The notes beneath the pieces are model-generated. The model was not told the origin of the DNA. It saw nothing but the letters and a program-made list of their open reading frames with translations, and made no database searches. A stretch of DNA of 37,127 bases, taken from contig NC_068998.1 of the NCBI RefSeq assembly GCF_001194135.2, forward strand, positions 29,651,447-29,688,573, given 5' to 3'. Both the position numbers and the translations under genes were made by a program. Below, in pieces: positions 34,019 to 37,127 of this stretch. How positions within the stretch are numbered: the stretch's first letter is position 1; each line of letters starts with the position of its first letter. Source of the stretch: Octopus bimaculoides. Its lineage: Eukaryota.

Positions 34019-34110
34019 AAAAATTATACGTGCACTGGTGTTTGCTGAGGCATGCTTGAATTGATTTAGTATAAACACGTGAAGTTGCAAGGATCAAAAC
34101 AAACAGGAAC
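34019..34110 (-). other. Candidate 92-nt exon (hydrophobic, signal-peptide-like start)
   Basis: ATCTTTATTTTCGACAG| acceptor and |GTATGT donor. One open frame reads FLFVLILATSRVYTKSIQACLSKHQCTYNF. Confidence 0.25.
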
Positions 34111-35264
34111 CTGTCGAAAATAAAGATATTTCCCTTTATTTCTATCACGTTTTTAATACACCAGAACAATAAAGGCCATTCGTTGTGGAATTTTCACTTG
34201 GAGGGAAAAGGTTTTATGTGTAAAAATACATTGAGCTGAGTTCCAAATGACGCAGCGAACAGCCAGAACAGCGTTTTAGCGTGATGTCTCCTCTATGGTA
34301 AAAGGTATCAACTCGGTACCAACCAACTATCTATCTATCTATCTATCTGTCTGTCTGTCTGTCTATCTATCTAATTAATTAAATAAATAGATACATGTGT
34401 GTGTGTTTATTAGATGATAAAACGTATGGTATATACTTTGCAACTTAGCGGTAAAGCACAGCCACTCTCACAGTGTTTGTTGTGTATTTGGTTAATGAGA
34501 GAGACGGAAGCTGGAAAATACGAACATTTTNNNNNNNNNNNNNNNNNNNNNNNNNNNNNNNNNNNNNNNNNNNNNNNNNNNNNNNNNNNNNNNNNNNNNN
34601 NNNNNNNNNNNNNNNNNNNNNNNNNNNNNNATACACACACATATAATGAATGTTATGGCGTGTCAATCAACACAAACACACGTACAATATCTGTGATTTA
34701 TACACACACATAACCTTCGTGCTCTCTAAGGAAAAAAAACCGTCGACTTTTTGACATATGGAAATATTTTTAATTGAATGTGATTTCATCATCCGGAGCT
34801 CGTTAATTTCCGTAATTTTTTTTGTTTATTTACTTTTGTTTTAAAGTGAAAGAGAGGAGAAAAAGAAAGGTGTATGCACGTGTATATGAAATGGACGCGT
34901 GTGTGTGAAAGAGAGAGAGAGAGTGAGAGACAGACAGACAGAAACAGAGAGAGGAAGAGAAAGAGCGGAAGAGAGAGAGGAAGAGAAAGAGAAAAAAAGA
35001 GAGAGAGTGGGTGAAGGGGTGTGTTGTTATGTATACGTATATACATCAATACATATACGTACATCTTTTTTGTATGTACGTCTGCATGTGTGTGTGTGAG
35101 AGAGTAAGTGAGTGGGCGTGTGTGTTCTCATGTATGTGTAAGTGGCACACTCTCTTTCTCTCTCTCTCTCACACGCACACGCACACGCACACACACACGT
35201 CCATTTCATATACACGTTCATACATCTTTCTCTTTCTCCTCTCTTTCTCTTTACAACAAAAGTA

Positions 35265-35817
35265 ACAGGTGATGGTGTGTGAGGAAGATGTGTGAAGTGG
35301 AAGGGTTGGACTGGTGTCGCCAGAAGGCTCGAAGAATGGTACGTTGGAGGGGCAGATGGAGGGATGGTAAGTGAGGGGAAATGGGAGACGGGTAACGGCG
35401 GAGCGTGGAGAGAGAAAGAGTGCAGAGGCATGGCCCACAGAAGTGCTCTGGCAAGGGCTCTGTGGATAGTGGTGAGGGGATATCTACATAGGATGAAGTG
35501 GTGAGCCATGAGTTGAGACTTTGTCTCGAAGTCATGGTTATCACTGCAGAGCCTGTGCAGACGGAGGAATTGGGAGTAGGAGATGAAGAACTTGGTGTGG
35601 GTAGGGTGGAAGGAGAAGTTAAGGAAGGAGTGTGTTTGTAGTGGATGGAGGTAGTGTGAGCAGAGTGATGTATGCTGACAAAACTGTCGAGAAATGCGAC
35701 GATATGTTGGAAATGGTGCAGTAGAAATCGAGGGTAGGATGGAAGGATTGGACAAAAGAGAGAAAGGAGTCTAGTTGTTCGCGGGAGAGTGAAGTCGCAC
35801 CGATAGTCATCAATATA
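35265..35817 (-). pseudogene. Penelope-like element: RT catalytic motif, thumb and linker fragment
   Basis: YIDD (35817-35806), ATSLSREQLDSFLSFVQSFHP, FLD, SIHYK, SFHPTHTK..ISYSQFLRLHRLCSDNHDFETK and RLPFPLTYHP. Frameshifted. Confidence 0.85.
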
Positions 35818-35864
35818 ACACACACACATAAACACACACACATATATATACACATACATAATAT

Positions 35865-36150
35865 ACACAGCATCGGTTGTCAAACGATGTTGGGGGGACA
35901 AACACAGACACACAAACACNNNNNNNNNNTACACAGCATCGGTTGTCAAACGATGTTGGGGGGACAAACACAGACACACAAACACACACACACACACACA
36001 TACATATATATACATATACACGACGGGCTCCTTTCAGTATCCGTCTACCAAATCTACTCACAAGGCTTTGGTCGGCCCGAGGCTATAGTAGAAGACATTT
36101 GCCCAAGATGCCACGCAGTGGGACTGAACCTGGAACCATGTAGTTCGTAA
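35865..36150 (-). mobile_element. SINE family A (with a duplicated segment around a 10-N gap)
   Basis: CAGCATCGGTTGTCAAACGATG, GACGGGCTCCTTTCAG and CACGCAGTGGGACTGAACC. Confidence 0.85.
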
Positions 36151-36251
36151 GCATATATATATAACAGAAAGGAATAGGAGAAAATAAACGGGGAGAGAAT
36201 AAAAACGACTTATGGATTTAGCGGTCAAGCATGGTGACTGATTAGCAAAAA

Positions 36252-36435
36252 AGTTTGACTGAAGAGGTTGAAGGAAGTTGAAGAAGGGGAGATAATAAAG
36301 TATTGGTGATCCCTATCCACAAACATACTTACACATTCTCACATAATCACACACGCACGCGCACCTTCGTTTTCGGATCACCAATACTTTATTATCTCCC
36401 CTTCTTCAACCTCCTTCAACCTCTTCAGTCAAACT
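36252..36435. repeat. 61-bp near-perfect inverted repeat with a 62-nt spacer
   Basis: 36252-36312 is the reverse complement of 36375-36435 with one mismatch. Confidence 0.92.
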
Positions 36436-37071
36436 CAGGGAATTGTTAATTAATTAATAAATTAATAATTAACAATTTTTCCAAGTAGTTCAGTATGCAA
36501 AGAACCTTTATCAGTAAAACATTTATGATTATAAACATATAGGGATCAGCAGGAGTTGCTTCACCAACATACTGAAAATTTAGAAATAGCAGTTAAAACT
36601 ACTAATTCTAATTACAATTTATTCTCCAACAGATAGCGATATTCATGGCTCACATAGAACAACAGAGGAAAGATAAACGAAAACAAACCTGCCGTTAGTT
36701 AATCATGTACGACGTTTCGTGATTAGAATATAAAAATTCGTTTCACTCTTCAGCATGATATCCAAAATTATAAATCTGAAAATGATAATAAACCCATGTA
36801 CATTTGACCATGCTTCATCAAACATCACATAAGAAAAATCAGCATCTCCAAATTTATATCGACTTGTAAATTCCGTATTCCTCCTCAAAATTACCCCATG
36901 TGCGTCACGAATAGTCCCGCAGAAAAGATTGCAGATTAACTATCCAGGAGTAGATTATCAATATAGATATAGGGCAGGGAATTGTTAATTAATTAATAAT
37001 TAACAACTTTGCCAAGTAGTTCAGTATGCAAAAAACCTTTATCGGTAAAACATTTATAATTATATACATAT
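36436..37071. repeat. About 100-bp direct repeats 539 bp apart, enclosing a hammerhead
   Basis: CAGGGAATTGTTAATTAATTAATA...CCAAGTAGTTCAGTATGCAAA...TAAAACATTTAT at 36436-36540 and 36975-37071. Confidence 0.85.
36702..36759 (-). ncRNA. Type I hammerhead ribozyme (minimal, PLE/retrozyme type)
   Basis: The minus strand reads AUCAUG CUGAAGA GUGA-(20 nt)-UCAC GAAA CGUCGU A CAUGAU. It has a 6-bp stem I, an intact core, G10.1-C11.1, a short near-palindromic stem III and a GUA cleavage site at 36708. Confidence 0.8.
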
Positions 37072-37127
37072 AATTATAAATGTTTTTGCAAATTTATAAA
37101 TGTTTTACCGATATATATATATATATA

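Noticed and set aside
35865-35985. Duplicated SINE segment
   Set aside because: It flanks a 10-N placeholder gap and is most likely an artefact.

Overview
Repeat-saturated eukaryotic non-coding DNA with 11 N-gaps. It is most likely octopus (coleoid cephalopod); this is inferred from the recurring tRNA-type SINE families and microsatellite load, not from a database hit. No intact protein-coding gene is visible. Recognisable decayed mobile elements are: several Penelope-like retroelement (PLE) fragments, one of them Naiad-like with inverted pseudo-LTRs; a HERO-like RLE LINE 3' end; a Tx1/L1-like LINE (ORF1 zinc knuckle, APE, RT); a Helitron Pif1 helicase fragment; a Merlin/IS1595-like transposase; a Tc1 element with both TIRs; other Tc1/mariner fragments; and at least 14 SINE pieces from two families. 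The most interesting signals are RNA-structural. There is a canonical type I hammerhead ribozyme inside a 539-bp direct-repeat unit (36.4-37.1 kb). There is also a pair of hammerhead-like folds with a roughly 21-bp stem II inside the inverted PLE repeats (15.1 and 17.3 kb), plus several long foldbacks, one centred on a tRNA T-arm. Two phase-compatible candidate exons on the minus strand may belong to a host gene, but this is speculative. I found no convincing wholly new system; the ribozyme loci are the best leads.
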